This document shows positions 48,355-58,837 of a stretch of 64,000 bases of DNA, one piece after another; positions within the stretch are counted from its first letter, which is position 1; each line of letters starts with the position of its first letter. A program made the translations under genes and the position numbers. Location: assembly GCA_045133095.1 (NCBI GenBank), contig JBGUTP010000007.1:75167-139166 (forward strand), in the 5' to 3' direction. Origin of the DNA: Candidatus Enterousia sp. GTDB lineage: Bacteria > Pseudomonadota > Alphaproteobacteria > Rs-D84. Under the pieces are notes generated by a model that did not search any database, was not told the origin of the DNA, and saw only the letters and a list, made by a program, of their open reading frames with translations.

Positions 48355-48436
48355 GATTTTCTCCTTCTTCTGTTGAACAAGCCTACAATAGCAAATTTTC
48401 ATAAAAGCGCAAGGAATAAATCAACATCCCCTAAAA

Positions 48437-49081
48437 TTAATTCAACATTTTTCTTATCTGCGGCATTTGTCCTCCTTGTTGCATACAAACACCTTCTAAA
48501 AATCTGGCTGTTACGTTTAAATTCACCGGCAACCTATACAACTTTGCATCATAAGGTTCCCCGCATTCTGCGCACACCGCCCGCGCTGTTTTTGGCGAAA
48601 CATATTTTAAATTAGTCGTCGTACCACATCCTGAACACTTTGACAGGTCCATCGCATACCCTAATCCCTTTAACAAATTCATTTCCCAAACCAAATAAGC
48701 CCCTGCCCCATCGCTTAGCAATTGCCGCATCAACTCTAACGTTGCATCATACAAATCGACATAAGCCTCTCTTTCCGGCAGCAAATTCACCAATATTTCA
48801 AACGCAGCATTCATATAAATTAACTTATCTGCACTCATCATCAACGGCGCCGCCAGATTTTTTTCTGCCTCCCAATGAAAGGTCCCCAATTGTGAATCCA
48901 ATCTGGCATTCCACGCCACCGCGCCCACCTGTCCTATCAGTGGCTTATTCTTCTTGGCAACCACGCCCCCTTTCAGCATTCCGCCCAGCACACCAAAATC
49001 ACGTGTAAAAATTCGTCCCACGGCATCTTTTTCATTAAAAGGCTTTAAACTGATTAAAATTCCTTCTGATTCCAATTTCAT
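48437..49081 (-). CDS. recO: DNA repair protein RecO
   Basis: N-terminal OB fold (ILISLKPFNEKD) and a C-terminal CSGCG...CAEC zinc motif. Confidence 0.7.
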   Translation of the reverse strand: MKLESEGILISLKPFNEKDAVGRIFTRDFGVLGGMLKGGVVAKKNKPLIGQVGAVAWNARLDSQLGTFHWEAEKNLAAPLMMSADKLIYMNAAFEILVNLLPEREAYVDLYDATLELMRQLLSDGAGAYLVWEMNLLKGLGYAMDLSKCSGCGTTTNLKYVSPKTARAVCAECGEPYDAKLYRLPVNLNVTARFLEGVCMQQGGQMPQIRKMLN

Positions 49082-49134
49082 AAATGCCTCATCGCCCTTA
49101 AACAATTAAACCCACCGTTTGGTGGGCTGAAACT

Positions 49135-49208
49135 TGGTTGGGGCAGCTGGATTCGAACCAACACTGACGGAGTCAGAGTCCGGAGTTCTACCATTAAACT
49201 ATGCCCCA
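49135..49208 (-). tRNA. tRNA-Gln (anticodon CTG)
   Basis: Revcomp TGGGGCA...TGCCCCA-A-CCA: U1-A72 acceptor pair typical of tRNA-Gln, anticodon loop CUCUGAC, T-loop GGTTCGAAT. Confidence 0.75.
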
Positions 49209-49542
49209 ATGCGCCCCGGATTATAAGGCTTTTTTATTTTCAATGCAAGCAGAAAGTTAATACTCGTGTAAAAAAAAACAAAATTAAAAATCAAATCTGG
49301 CGAAAATTCCTGGTCGTGTTGCACACCCAAGTAAATATCACGATATTACAAAACTCGGGCGGCAAATTAGTACTGTTAAATCAGATTCTGTGCGCGGGTA
49401 ATATTAATTGTTACATATCTACACATCTTTTCAAGTAGAATATGTTCAAAAATTAACATGTTATTGATTGACAGTAGATTTAGCACCACCTACCATTCAC
49501 CATGAAACCAATCGCTGGTTTCATAACCAAAAAGGACTTACA

Positions 49543-49785
49543 ATGCTGAAATATTTACTGTTAACCAAAATAAAGAACGACCGTACAATTGCCTATCTAT
49601 GCGACCATCCTGATTCACAACCCGGCGATGTTGAACCTTGCGCAGGAACCGATACCGACCAACCTAGCTGCGGTATAGCCATTATGGATACGGACGGTGA
49701 ATGGATAGAAATGAAAAAACGTCATCAGAAGTATCGTCGTTTACAGTTGCAACGCAATAATGTTATGCACCAACGCATTCATTAA
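49543..49785 (+). CDS. small hypothetical protein (80 aa, 4 Cys)
   Basis: AAAGGA RBS before the ATG at 49543. MLKYLLLTKIKNDRTIAYLCDHPDSQPGDVEPCAGTDTDQPSCG.... Confidence 0.4.
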   Translation: MLKYLLLTKIKNDRTIAYLCDHPDSQPGDVEPCAGTDTDQPSCGIAIMDTDGEWIEMKKRHQKYRRLQLQRNNVMHQRIH

Positions 49786-49815
49786 CCTATTAAATATTTA
49801 GATTGCCATAAATTC

Positions 49816-51108
49816 ATGGCAATCTATAATGATATTGAACAGAAATTATTTTTTATGCTTTTGCCAAATATATTTTATTTATCTAATGGAATTCCTGTCA
49901 TTACAGATAATGCGGATTCCTTAACATGCTCTATATCTGTTAATCTTGGAATAGGCACACAAAATGAATCTTGCAATGAATATGGAATTACCCATTTCCT
50001 AGAACACATGTTAGGTCAAGGTACACATACATATTCATCGTTTTCACTACTTAACAAGCTACTTGAATCCTGTGGCGCGATATTAGATATTCGGACCAGT
50101 TTAGACGACATATTTTTTTCTGGAACGGTTTTAGCAGAAAACCTGGATACGCTTATAGAAATCATAGCGGATGAATTACAAAATTCTTTGTTTGATGATA
50201 ATGTTATAGAAAACGAGAAAAAAGTCATATTAGACGAATATAGACGATATGTGAATGTAAATCCTTGGTGGCTGTTCAAGGCAAAAAAATTACTTGGCGC
50301 ACATAATATTTTAGGCACTCCCGAAACCATACAATCTTTCACCAAGCGGCATTTGTTAGACTATTACCACAAACATCTATCCGCTGACAACATGTTGATA
50401 GTTATATCTGGCAAGATTAACAGCGAAGAAACATTAAAAAAGCGGTTGGAACAATTATTTTCATGGATTCCAAAACAAGACATAAAAAAAATATCGGCAA
50501 ACATAACGCCGACAGTTACGCATAATTTTATAAATGGTGCTAAAAATCAGAAAATCACATTTGCCTGGGCAGATTCCATAGAACCAACAGTCATCAACCG
50601 GGAAAGGAAAGCTGCCATGGGGATTTTTAGAAAAATATTACAAGACAGGTTAACACACGCAATTCGTGAACAAAATGGTTTATCGTATTCTGTTCAATGT
50701 TCAACAATGGAATGGGCGGGCGCAAAATTACATACAATAAATTCAGAAACCCTGCCCCAAAATATAGAACGCCTTATTGGAGCCACCGCGGACGTATGTC
50801 GCAACATTATATCAGACATACCGATTACAACAAACGAACTACTTTCAGCACAAATGGTGGTAAAACTACAAAATGCTCAAATTATGGAATGTGGCGCAAA
50901 ACGCTGTGCACTGTATGCGAATTATTTCAAAAAATACAAATCTATATATAACGTATCCGCAGAAATGCACCAAATCAATAATTTTGTTTTGACCGACATT
51001 ATGATGGCAGGACGCGATTTCTTTACTGCACCAACATCTATTTTGACCCAGGGCAATATCTTGGAATGCGATGTTAAAGATACATGGAATAAACATTTTG
51101 TTATATAA
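49816..51108 (+). CDS. M16-family (insulinase/pitrilysin-like) zinc peptidase
   Basis: Inverted zinc motif HxxEH in ITHFLEHMLGQGT. About 430 aa, a single M16 unit. Confidence 0.65.
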   Translation: MAIYNDIEQKLFFMLLPNIFYLSNGIPVITDNADSLTCSISVNLGIGTQNESCNEYGITHFLEHMLGQGTHTYSSFSLLNKLLESCGAILDIRTSLDDIFFSGTVLAENLDTLIEIIADELQNSLFDDNVIENEKKVILDEYRRYVNVNPWWLFKAKKLLGAHNILGTPETIQSFTKRHLLDYYHKHLSADNMLIVISGKINSEETLKKRLEQLFSWIPKQDIKKISANITPTVTHNFINGAKNQKITFAWADSIEPTVINRERKAAMGIFRKILQDRLTHAIREQNGLSYSVQCSTMEWAGAKLHTINSETLPQNIERLIGATADVCRNIISDIPITTNELLSAQMVVKLQNAQIMECGAKRCALYANYFKKYKSIYNVSAEMHQINNFVLTDIMMAGRDFFTAPTSILTQGNILECDVKDTWNKHFVI

Positions 51109-51232
51109 TTTCAAATAACGCCCTACTACAGAACCAAAAAATATATAAATCACCCCAGACCCACCTAGGTATAACAATATAAAAATATTATTTTTCTAAA
51201 AAATCATCTTAAATTATGCTATAATTCACGAC

Positions 51233-51772
51233 ATGCGGATAGCGATTGAAACCATTAACAAATTTCATCATCTGCGCACGGCGGCGCATGTTGACTGTCT
51301 GAATTATTTTGCAGGTCTGTTGGGCTATCACTTTCCCGAACACGACAACGACAAAAATTCCGGTCCTATGCGTACTGGCTATGCACACATTAACCATGCA
51401 AAATATCACCCAGAATTTACACTAACCGAACACCAGATTGAACTTTACAACGACATGCATGACGAACACCATCGAATGCAACCGCACCATCTGGAATATT
51501 ACGGTCACGATGTTTCAAAAATCTCTGATATAACATTAATTGAAATGATTTGCGACTGGCACAGTGCAAATTTTGAACAGCGTTTTATTACTTTCGAAGA
51601 CCGCCGCGATTTTACTGTTTCTGATTATTTTAATCAGAATTTATGCCACGACGGCATCCACAATTGGTCACAACATCAACTGACGCTGATAAATGACACA
51701 ATTGAATTTTTATCAATGTACGCGAACCATGACGCCATAATGAAAATCTGGTTTCCTGTAATGTCTGCCTAA
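51233..51772 (+). CDS. His-rich hypothetical protein, possible HD-domain phosphohydrolase
   Basis: H...HD spacing (RTAAH...PEHDND) and further His clusters. Weak assignment. Confidence 0.4.
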   Translation: MRIAIETINKFHHLRTAAHVDCLNYFAGLLGYHFPEHDNDKNSGPMRTGYAHINHAKYHPEFTLTEHQIELYNDMHDEHHRMQPHHLEYYGHDVSKISDITLIEMICDWHSANFEQRFITFEDRRDFTVSDYFNQNLCHDGIHNWSQHQLTLINDTIEFLSMYANHDAIMKIWFPVMSA

Positions 51773-51844
51773 GCGTTGGCAATGCTTCCTATTGCCCATT
51801 TCCCCACAACAATGAATAATTTTACACAAAGGGGGAACCAAGAA

Positions 51845-52924
51845 ATGAACTGCATTAAATATTTTACAACACTTGTCGTATGCCTGTCACTTGTCCAATC
51901 TGCGGACGCCTGCACAGGAATCACACTGCAATCCAAAGACGGCGCCACCATTGTCGCCCGCACGATTGATTGGTCAGGCACCGAAATGAACAACATCTAT
52001 GCGATTGTTCCACGCGGCCACGCCCAGCAATCACTGCTGCCCGACGGTTCGATGGGTGGACTGCCATACATATCATTATACGGCTATGTCGGCATGGCTG
52101 TCCAGCAACCAGAATTCGTTGTTGATGGCACAAACGAAGCCGGTCTGTCTGCTGCCCTATTCTATTTTCCAAACTATGGCGAATACAAACCATATAACGA
52201 AGCCGACAAAGACATATCGTTGGCAGACTTTCAGGTTGTATCATGGATACTGTCACGCTTTTCCACCATTGACCAAGTCAAAGAAGCCATTAACAATGTC
52301 CGCATCATAAACATAGACCCATCTGCATCAACCGTTCACTGGCGTATTACCGAACCCAATGGCCGCCAAGTCGTTATGGAAATAGTTGATGGCGTTCCAA
52401 ACTTTTATGAAAACGAAGTTGGTGTATTAACTAATTCACCGGGCTTTAAGTGGCACACAACCAACCTTAACAATTATGTAAACCTGCATCCTGGCGGCGC
52501 AGGTCCGACCGAATTTGGTCCGATAAACTTGCGTGCGTTTGGGTCTGGGGCTGGTTTTCTGGGTCTGCCTGGCGACTTTACACCACCTTCACGATTTGTG
52601 CGCGCTGCATTTCTAAAGACCTATTCTCTGGAACAGGCAACCGCATACGACACCATGCAACAGGCTTTTCATATTCTGAACAACTTTGACGTTCCTTTGG
52701 GGGTCCAGTTTTCCGTAGGAGCCGCCCCAAACAACATGCCTTCGGCGACACAATGGACTGTTGCGACCGACCTAAAGAACAAAACCATCTACTATCACAC
52801 TATGTACAATCGCACAATCCGCAGCATTGACATGAAAAACATAGATTTTGCAACCGTACCATTCCAGTATCACCCCCTGGACACAGCAAAACGACAAACG
52901 ATAGTACCGGTTCAAATTGACTGA
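51845..52924 (+). CDS. secreted Ntn-hydrolase of the choloylglycine hydrolase / linear amide C-N hydrolase family
   Basis: GGGGGA RBS. The signal peptide ends ...SADA, immediately followed by CTGITL; an N-terminal nucleophile Cys at the mature N-terminus is the family hallmark. Confidence 0.65.
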   Translation: MNCIKYFTTLVVCLSLVQSADACTGITLQSKDGATIVARTIDWSGTEMNNIYAIVPRGHAQQSLLPDGSMGGLPYISLYGYVGMAVQQPEFVVDGTNEAGLSAALFYFPNYGEYKPYNEADKDISLADFQVVSWILSRFSTIDQVKEAINNVRIINIDPSASTVHWRITEPNGRQVVMEIVDGVPNFYENEVGVLTNSPGFKWHTTNLNNYVNLHPGGAGPTEFGPINLRAFGSGAGFLGLPGDFTPPSRFVRAAFLKTYSLEQATAYDTMQQAFHILNNFDVPLGVQFSVGAAPNNMPSATQWTVATDLKNKTIYYHTMYNRTIRSIDMKNIDFATVPFQYHPLDTAKRQTIVPVQID

Positions 52925-52930
52925 CCAAAC

Positions 52931-52957
52931 AACCCGCCCAACGGCGGGTATTTTTTT
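52931..52957 (+). terminator. terminator aacccgcccaacggcgggtattttttt
   Basis: Hairpin plus T-run after the hydrolase gene. Confidence 0.7.
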
Positions 52958-52970
52958 ATTCAATAAAAAC

Positions 52971-52998
52971 TTGCAAAAAACATAAAGTTATATATAAT
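52971..52998 (+). promoter_or_regulatory. sigma70-like promoter TTGCAA-16-TATAAT with about 100-nt leader for rpsA
   Basis: -35 at 52971-52976, consensus -10 at 52993-52998. Confidence 0.45.
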
Positions 52999-53102
52999 TA
53001 CAACGATTTTGCGGGTGGGCGCACAATCAGTCCGATTAACCCCACAAGACCTCGCTGTTTTATAACACACCGGCGACGGCAAACTTTGATGAATATTTTC
53101 TT

Positions 53103-54791
53103 ATGAAAGATTTATCCAAAGATTTATTTAATCCATTATCTGGCGAAGATTTTGTCCAGATGTTTAACACAAACTATGGCACTCAGGAAACATTACAAGG
53201 TTACGCAACCAAGGGTACTGTCAAAGATATCCGTGGCGATTTTGCAATGGTTGACGTTGGCTTGAAATCCGAAGGTCGTGTTCCATTAAAAGAATTCGGC
53301 GCATCAGTTCCTACCGTTGGCGACATCATCGACGTTTTTGTTGAACGTTACGAATCCCGCGAAGGCACTGCTGTTTTGTCTTACACCAAGGCGCGCGCTG
53401 AAAAAGCATGGAAAGACTTGGAAAAAACTGTTGCCGAAGGTATCGACCCAGAAGGTACAATTATCGACGTTGTTCGTGGTGGTTTCACAGTGGACATCAA
53501 TGGCGTATTTGCATTTATGCCATCATCCCAGGTTGATCACAAACCAATCCGCGATGCAAAGTCTTTGATTGGTCTGAAAGACAAATTCCGCGTATTGAAA
53601 ATGGACGCATTGCGCACAAACGCAATCGTATCTCGTCGCGCGATTCAGTCTGACACCATCGCCGCTGCACAACGCGAAGCGATGAAGAACATTTCATTGG
53701 GCGCGGTTCTGGAAGGCACTGTTAAAAACATCACTGATTACGGTGTATTTGTTGACTTGGGCGGCATTGACGGCTTGCTGCACGTCACAGACCTGTCATG
53801 GAAACGCGTTAATCATCCACGTGAACTGGTTCATGTTGGCGAAAAGATTAAGGTCAAAGTTATCCAATTCGACCCAGAATCACATCGTATTTCACTGGGC
53901 GCGAAACAGTTGGAAGAAGACCCATGGGATACCGCATCCCGCGCATTCAATGTTGGCGACACAGTATCGGGCAAGGTTTCGTCTTTGACAGATTACGGTG
54001 CATTCATTGATTTGGGCAACAATATCGAAGGTCTGGTTCACATGTCTGAACTGTCCTGGACAAACAAAAACATCCACCCAAGCAAAGTTTTGCAAAACGG
54101 CGCGGATGTAAACGTTGTTGTTTTGGGTATCGACCAAGACAAACGTCGCATTTCATTGGGCTATAAACAACTGCAACCAAACCCATGGAAACAGTTTGCA
54201 GAAACCCACAACGTTGGCGACGTTATCACTGGCCCAATCAAGAACACGACTGAATTTGGTCTGTTCGTTGCCCTGACACCAGAATTGGACGGTATGGTTC
54301 ATATTTCTGACCTGTCATGGAACAAACTGGACGAAGAAGAACTGAAGAAATTCGTTCGTGGCCAAGAAGTAACTGCGAAAATTTTGGACATCAACCCAGA
54401 AAAAGAACGCGTTACATTGGGCATCAAACAATTGACAGAAAGTGCTGAAAACAACGCTGCATCCTTAAAGAAAGGCGCGGTTGTATGTGGTACAGTAGCC
54501 GAAGTCACACCTGATGAATTGGTTTTGACATTGGCTGGCGATGTACGCGGTGTAATCCGTCGCACAGACCTGTCCCGTGAAAAATCCGAACAGGACACAT
54601 CAAAATACAGCATTGGCGACAGCGTCGAAGCATCTGTTGTTTCCGTTGACGACAACACTGTAAAATTGTCTATCCGTGCCCTGCAGGTGACATTGGAAAA
54701 GCAAGCGGTTAAAGAATTCGCAAACGAAGCAGACAGTGGTTCTGTTTTGGGCGACATCTTGGGCGCTGCGATTGAAAACAGCAAAAAATAA
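53103..54791 (+). CDS. rpsA: 30S ribosomal protein S1 (six S1 domains)
   Basis: Repeated S1 motifs (G.V..I.D.G.FVDLGG..GLLHVTD...). Confidence 0.9.
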   Translation: MKDLSKDLFNPLSGEDFVQMFNTNYGTQETLQGYATKGTVKDIRGDFAMVDVGLKSEGRVPLKEFGASVPTVGDIIDVFVERYESREGTAVLSYTKARAEKAWKDLEKTVAEGIDPEGTIIDVVRGGFTVDINGVFAFMPSSQVDHKPIRDAKSLIGLKDKFRVLKMDALRTNAIVSRRAIQSDTIAAAQREAMKNISLGAVLEGTVKNITDYGVFVDLGGIDGLLHVTDLSWKRVNHPRELVHVGEKIKVKVIQFDPESHRISLGAKQLEEDPWDTASRAFNVGDTVSGKVSSLTDYGAFIDLGNNIEGLVHMSELSWTNKNIHPSKVLQNGADVNVVVLGIDQDKRRISLGYKQLQPNPWKQFAETHNVGDVITGPIKNTTEFGLFVALTPELDGMVHISDLSWNKLDEEELKKFVRGQEVTAKILDINPEKERVTLGIKQLTESAENNAASLKKGAVVCGTVAEVTPDELVLTLAGDVRGVIRRTDLSREKSEQDTSKYSIGDSVEASVVSVDDNTVKLSIRALQVTLEKQAVKEFANEADSGSVLGDILGAAIENSKK

Positions 54792-54859
54792 TTTGCAAAA
54801 TTGTAAATTATTCCACCGTCTGCTTTGCGGACGGTGTTTTTTTGTGATAGAATCAAGAC

Positions 54860-55417
54860 ATGACAGATAAAAAACAAATTATTGTAATGATGGGCGGTCC
54901 CGGCGTTGGCAAAGGCACATTTTCTAAAATGTTGATGACGCGCCACACCTTTAAACATATCGAAGCGGGTGCCTTACTTCGTGCCGAACCATCAGATTCT
55001 AAGATTGGGAAATTAATATCGGCGGGCAACCTGGTACCTGATAAATTAGTCTGCAATTTAATGACACAAAAAATCACAGACCACGATATAATTCTGGACG
55101 GTTTTCCCCGCACAATTGGTCAGGCAAAATGGCTGGTCAAAAACTATGCCGATAAATTTAACATCCATGTTCTGTATCTGGCGACCGACGAACAGACATT
55201 GATTGCACGCATAAACAAACGCGTTCGCGATGGTACCAAACGTGCCGACGATGCCACAATGGACATAATACGGCACCGTCTGGAAAATTTTCAACACATT
55301 ACAATGCCTGCGGTCGAATGGTTACGCACCGCCCACGGCATAACATTCAGTGAAATCAACGCCGCGGGCGACGTCAACGACAACTTCGCCGAAATCGTAT
55401 CGGCGTTGCAATCATAG
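54860..55417 (+). CDS. adenylate kinase family protein (short type, no LID)
   Basis: P-loop GGPGVGKGT and an LDGFPRT motif. Confidence 0.6.
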   Translation: MTDKKQIIVMMGGPGVGKGTFSKMLMTRHTFKHIEAGALLRAEPSDSKIGKLISAGNLVPDKLVCNLMTQKITDHDIILDGFPRTIGQAKWLVKNYADKFNIHVLYLATDEQTLIARINKRVRDGTKRADDATMDIIRHRLENFQHITMPAVEWLRTAHGITFSEINAAGDVNDNFAEIVSALQS

Positions 55418-55550
55418 ATACCGTCGTACCGACACAAACCGTCACCAATCATAAAAAAATCGCCCAACTGGGCGATTTGACTTATTTATTTTTCAACAAG
55501 CAACAACACCATTTACCCAATCACAAAACACGCGATTGTACTGTTGCCAC

Positions 55551-55790
55551 TTATTTCTTTTTAATCGAACGTTTTTTTGCGACGCCCGCTGGCTTTGTAA
55601 CCGTTTTTTTCCCGCCAGACTGCTTGGCACCATCAGACGGCTTCTTGCTTTCTGCCTTTAATTCTTTTTTAAAGACATTCAATCCATCCGCCAAATTTTT
55701 CATCATTCCCGGAATCTTTCTGTGACCGAACAAAATCACAACCAAGACCACAATAACCAGGATTTCTGCCCATCCCAAACGTCCAAACAT
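55551..55790 (-). CDS. tatA: twin-arginine translocase subunit TatA/E
   Basis: MFGRLGWAEILVIVVLVVILFG hinge, an amphipathic helix and a Lys-rich tail. Confidence 0.75.
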   Translation of the reverse strand: MFGRLGWAEILVIVVLVVILFGHRKIPGMMKNLADGLNVFKKELKAESKKPSDGAKQSGGKKTVTKPAGVAKKRSIKKK

Positions 55791-55806
55791 TTTTTATCCT
55801 TTTATT

Positions 55807-56616
55807 TTATTTTGCCACATAGCAATCCAATCCATCAGACTTAGCATTTCTGCAGAATCCATTAGCATCTGCGGCTGTCTTGAACGCCACACGCAATCTG
55901 TATGTTGTGGTTCCATTCTTCAACTGTGCTGCCAAGATAACAAACTGCTGACCTTCGAACAGTCCTGCATGTGCATTTCTGATTTGACGTTGTGCATTTT
56001 CCGCCAACGCACGTGTACTGTATGAACCAAATTGAACATACCACGACCCTGCGGCTGGCTTTACTGTCTGACTTTTAACTGCGGGCTTTGCCACACTTTT
56101 TGCCGCTGGCTTTGCCGCAGGTGCTTTGGCCTTTGCGACTATTGGCTTTGGCTTTGGCTTTGCCTCTGGTTTTGGTTCCTGCGCTGCTGCCTCTGGCTTA
56201 AACTGAACTTCTTTTCTTTCTTCCACCACACGCACAGGCACCCCTGCCGTAGCCTGAACAGGCTGTGGTTTTGCAACAGGCTGCTGCGCCACAGGTTGTG
56301 GTTGTACCACCGGCTGTGGTTGTGGCATTGCCTGTACAGGCTGTACAGGTGGCATCACATTCATATCCACAGGCGCCCCTGCCCCACCATCAACAACTGC
56401 GACTGGTGCATCCAAGTCAAATTCAACGGACGAAGAATCTTCATCACCAATGGCACGAACGATGATATAGGTTGCCAAAACAATAACTACCACCCCAATC
56501 GACAACAACAACCAAGGCTTTTTTGGTCGTGGGTTTACGAACGGCGTCGCATCCGGCAAAGTATCCATTGAACCTGTATCGTCTAAATCTAATAAATCTA
56601 AGTTATCATCATTCAT
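55807..56616 (-). CDS. SPOR-domain cell-division protein with Pro/Gln-rich linker
   Basis: N-terminal TM, PQPQPV repeats, C-terminal SPOR (WYVQFGSYSTRALAE...YRLRV). Confidence 0.55.
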   Translation of the reverse strand: MNDDNLDLLDLDDTGSMDTLPDATPFVNPRPKKPWLLLSIGVVVIVLATYIIVRAIGDEDSSSVEFDLDAPVAVVDGGAGAPVDMNVMPPVQPVQAMPQPQPVVQPQPVAQQPVAKPQPVQATAGVPVRVVEERKEVQFKPEAAAQEPKPEAKPKPKPIVAKAKAPAAKPAAKSVAKPAVKSQTVKPAAGSWYVQFGSYSTRALAENAQRQIRNAHAGLFEGQQFVILAAQLKNGTTTYRLRVAFKTAADANGFCRNAKSDGLDCYVAK

Positions 56617-56692
56617 GATAAATCCCCCCGTATTCTGATTATGGACATTATATCATAAAAATACACAGAAACAAAACATTATGACTAAAAAA

Positions 56693-56833
56693 TTATTTTG
56701 GCATTTGACCAAAGTTCGGTGGCACAATCAGTTTGTGATTTTCTTCGACAATTGGTTCAACTTCGCACTGCTGAACACATCCCGCCACAACCATTGGCAT
56801 CATCAAGACAACCAGCATCAAGATTTTATTCAT
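56693..56833 (-). CDS. small lipoprotein (46 aa)
   Basis: AAGGGAG RBS. MNKILMLVVLMMPMVVAGC lipobox. Confidence 0.45.
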   Translation of the reverse strand: MNKILMLVVLMMPMVVAGCVQQCEVEPIVEENHKLIVPPNFGQMPK

Positions 56834-56885
56834 TTTATTTTCTCCCTTCTTTTTTAAATTGGGGTGGCACCCCACCCCATAAATA

Positions 56886-58619
56886 TTACAGTGGCATTTT
56901 CACAGCATCTTTCATCATTGCGACAAAATCCGCCATTGACATATTTTCCTGTTGTTCCACGCCCAAGCGACGCAACGTAACATTTTTTTCTGCCATTTCT
57001 TTTTCACCAACCACTGCGATAATCGGCGTTTTTGCCAAAGACAACTCGCGGATTTTATAATTTACCTTTTCATCACGCAAATCTGCACGTGCATTCACAC
57101 CCGCATCGCGCAAAGCAGACACAACCTCGTTCGCATATTCCGCGTGTTTTTGTGAAATAGGTGTTACAACAACAGGCTCTGGCGACAACCACAATGGCAA
57201 GTTCCCACCCGTTGATTCCAGCAACACACCCATAAATCTTTCAATCGACCCCAACATTGCACGATGCAACATAATTGGGCGATGTTTTTCACCATCTTCA
57301 CCAACGTACGACAAATCGAATCGTTCCGGCAGGTTCATATCCAACTGTACCGTGCCGCATTGCCACACACGCCCCATTGAATCTTTCAGATAGTTATCAA
57401 TCTTTGGACCATAGAACGCCGCATCCCCTTCGGCGATTTCATATTCGATACCGTTTTTATCCAACGCGGCTTTTAACGCCCCTTCGGCCTTGTCCCAGAT
57501 TTCATCTGACCCGATTCGGAATTCAGATTCTTTACGCGTTGCCAACTTCATAGAAATTTTATCAAAACCAAACTTACCATAAATATCTTTGATAAATTTC
57601 AGGATTTTAACAACTTCTTCTTCTAATTGTTCTTCGGTACAGAAAATATGCGCATCGTCCTGTGTAAATTCACGCACACGCAGCAAGCCCGACAAACCAC
57701 CAGCCGCTTCATAGCGATGAACCTTGCCAAATTCCGCCATATACAGCGGCAAATCTTTATACGAACGCAACCCATGTCCAAACACCAGCATTCCACCCGG
57801 ACAAGACATCGGCTTAATACAGAACACTTTACCATCCTGTGTTTTACCGGAATAGTTATGTTCACCATACTTTGCCCAGTGTCCACTGCGTTCCCACAAA
57901 CATCTGTCCATAACGGCGGGCGTTGAAATTTCCTGATACCCTGCCCGTTCCTGGCGCGCACGAACATATTCAATCAGACGACGATACATCTTGTACCCCT
58001 TGTCGTGCCAGAACACCGACCCCGGCGCATATTCTGGTTCAAAGTGGAACAAATCCATATCTTTACCCAATTTTCTATTATCACGCGCGGCGGCTTCTTC
58101 CTGCATTTTCAAGAACGCATCCAATTCTTCCTTGCTTGCGAACGCATCAACATAGATACGCTGTAACATTTTATTTTTCGCATCCCCCTTCCAGTATGCA
58201 CCGGCAACACTGCGAATTTTGAATGCATCACGTGGCAAATCCTTGGAACTTTCAACATGTGGTCCACGACACAGGTCCACAAAATCACGGAAGGCATAAA
58301 CAGATAACGCTTCGCCATTTGCATCATATTCGTTCAACCATTCCATTTTATATGGCTGTGACGCAAAGATTTCTTTTGCTTCATCTAATGAAACATTACG
58401 TTGTTCAAAACGCCCATTAGATTTAATCAAATCACGCATTTCCTTTTCAATCTTTGCAAAATCATCTTCTGAAAAACGGTATTCTGTATCAAAGTCATAA
58501 TAAAAACCGTTTTCAATAGCAGGCCCCCCTGCAAATTTAACATCTGGATGTAATTTTTTCACCGCCGCCGCCATAACATGTGCCAACGAGTGACGAATCG
58601 TTTCGATTGGATAAGACAT
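56886..58619 (-). CDS. thrS: threonine--tRNA ligase lacking the N-terminal TGS (N1) domain
   Basis: Starts at the N2-domain motif IRHSLAHVMA. The class II core and anticodon-binding domain are present. 577 aa. Confidence 0.9.
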   Translation of the reverse strand: MSYPIETIRHSLAHVMAAAVKKLHPDVKFAGGPAIENGFYYDFDTEYRFSEDDFAKIEKEMRDLIKSNGRFEQRNVSLDEAKEIFASQPYKMEWLNEYDANGEALSVYAFRDFVDLCRGPHVESSKDLPRDAFKIRSVAGAYWKGDAKNKMLQRIYVDAFASKEELDAFLKMQEEAAARDNRKLGKDMDLFHFEPEYAPGSVFWHDKGYKMYRRLIEYVRARQERAGYQEISTPAVMDRCLWERSGHWAKYGEHNYSGKTQDGKVFCIKPMSCPGGMLVFGHGLRSYKDLPLYMAEFGKVHRYEAAGGLSGLLRVREFTQDDAHIFCTEEQLEEEVVKILKFIKDIYGKFGFDKISMKLATRKESEFRIGSDEIWDKAEGALKAALDKNGIEYEIAEGDAAFYGPKIDNYLKDSMGRVWQCGTVQLDMNLPERFDLSYVGEDGEKHRPIMLHRAMLGSIERFMGVLLESTGGNLPLWLSPEPVVVTPISQKHAEYANEVVSALRDAGVNARADLRDEKVNYKIRELSLAKTPIIAVVGEKEMAEKNVTLRRLGVEQQENMSMADFVAMMKDAVKMPL

Positions 58620-58837
58620 AATAAGAACCTTTATATTTTTTTATTTTGATTAACTGAATTGATTATAAGAATTTACGCGGCGCACCGCAACACAGAAATT
58701 ACACCCCCAACGGGGTTGTAGTAGTTGTTATAAAGAAAGACTTAAACAAATTCATGCTGGCAATTATATTACTATTCGCGCACAAAATCAAGATTATTTC
58801 TTTAAAAGAAAAAAATGGGGATACACCCCCATTTTTT

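Noticed and set aside
56032-56571. 179-aa Cys/Trp/Leu-rich plus-strand ORF
   Set aside because: It is the antisense reading of the Pro/Gln-rich linker of the SPOR protein, a typical mirror-frame artefact.
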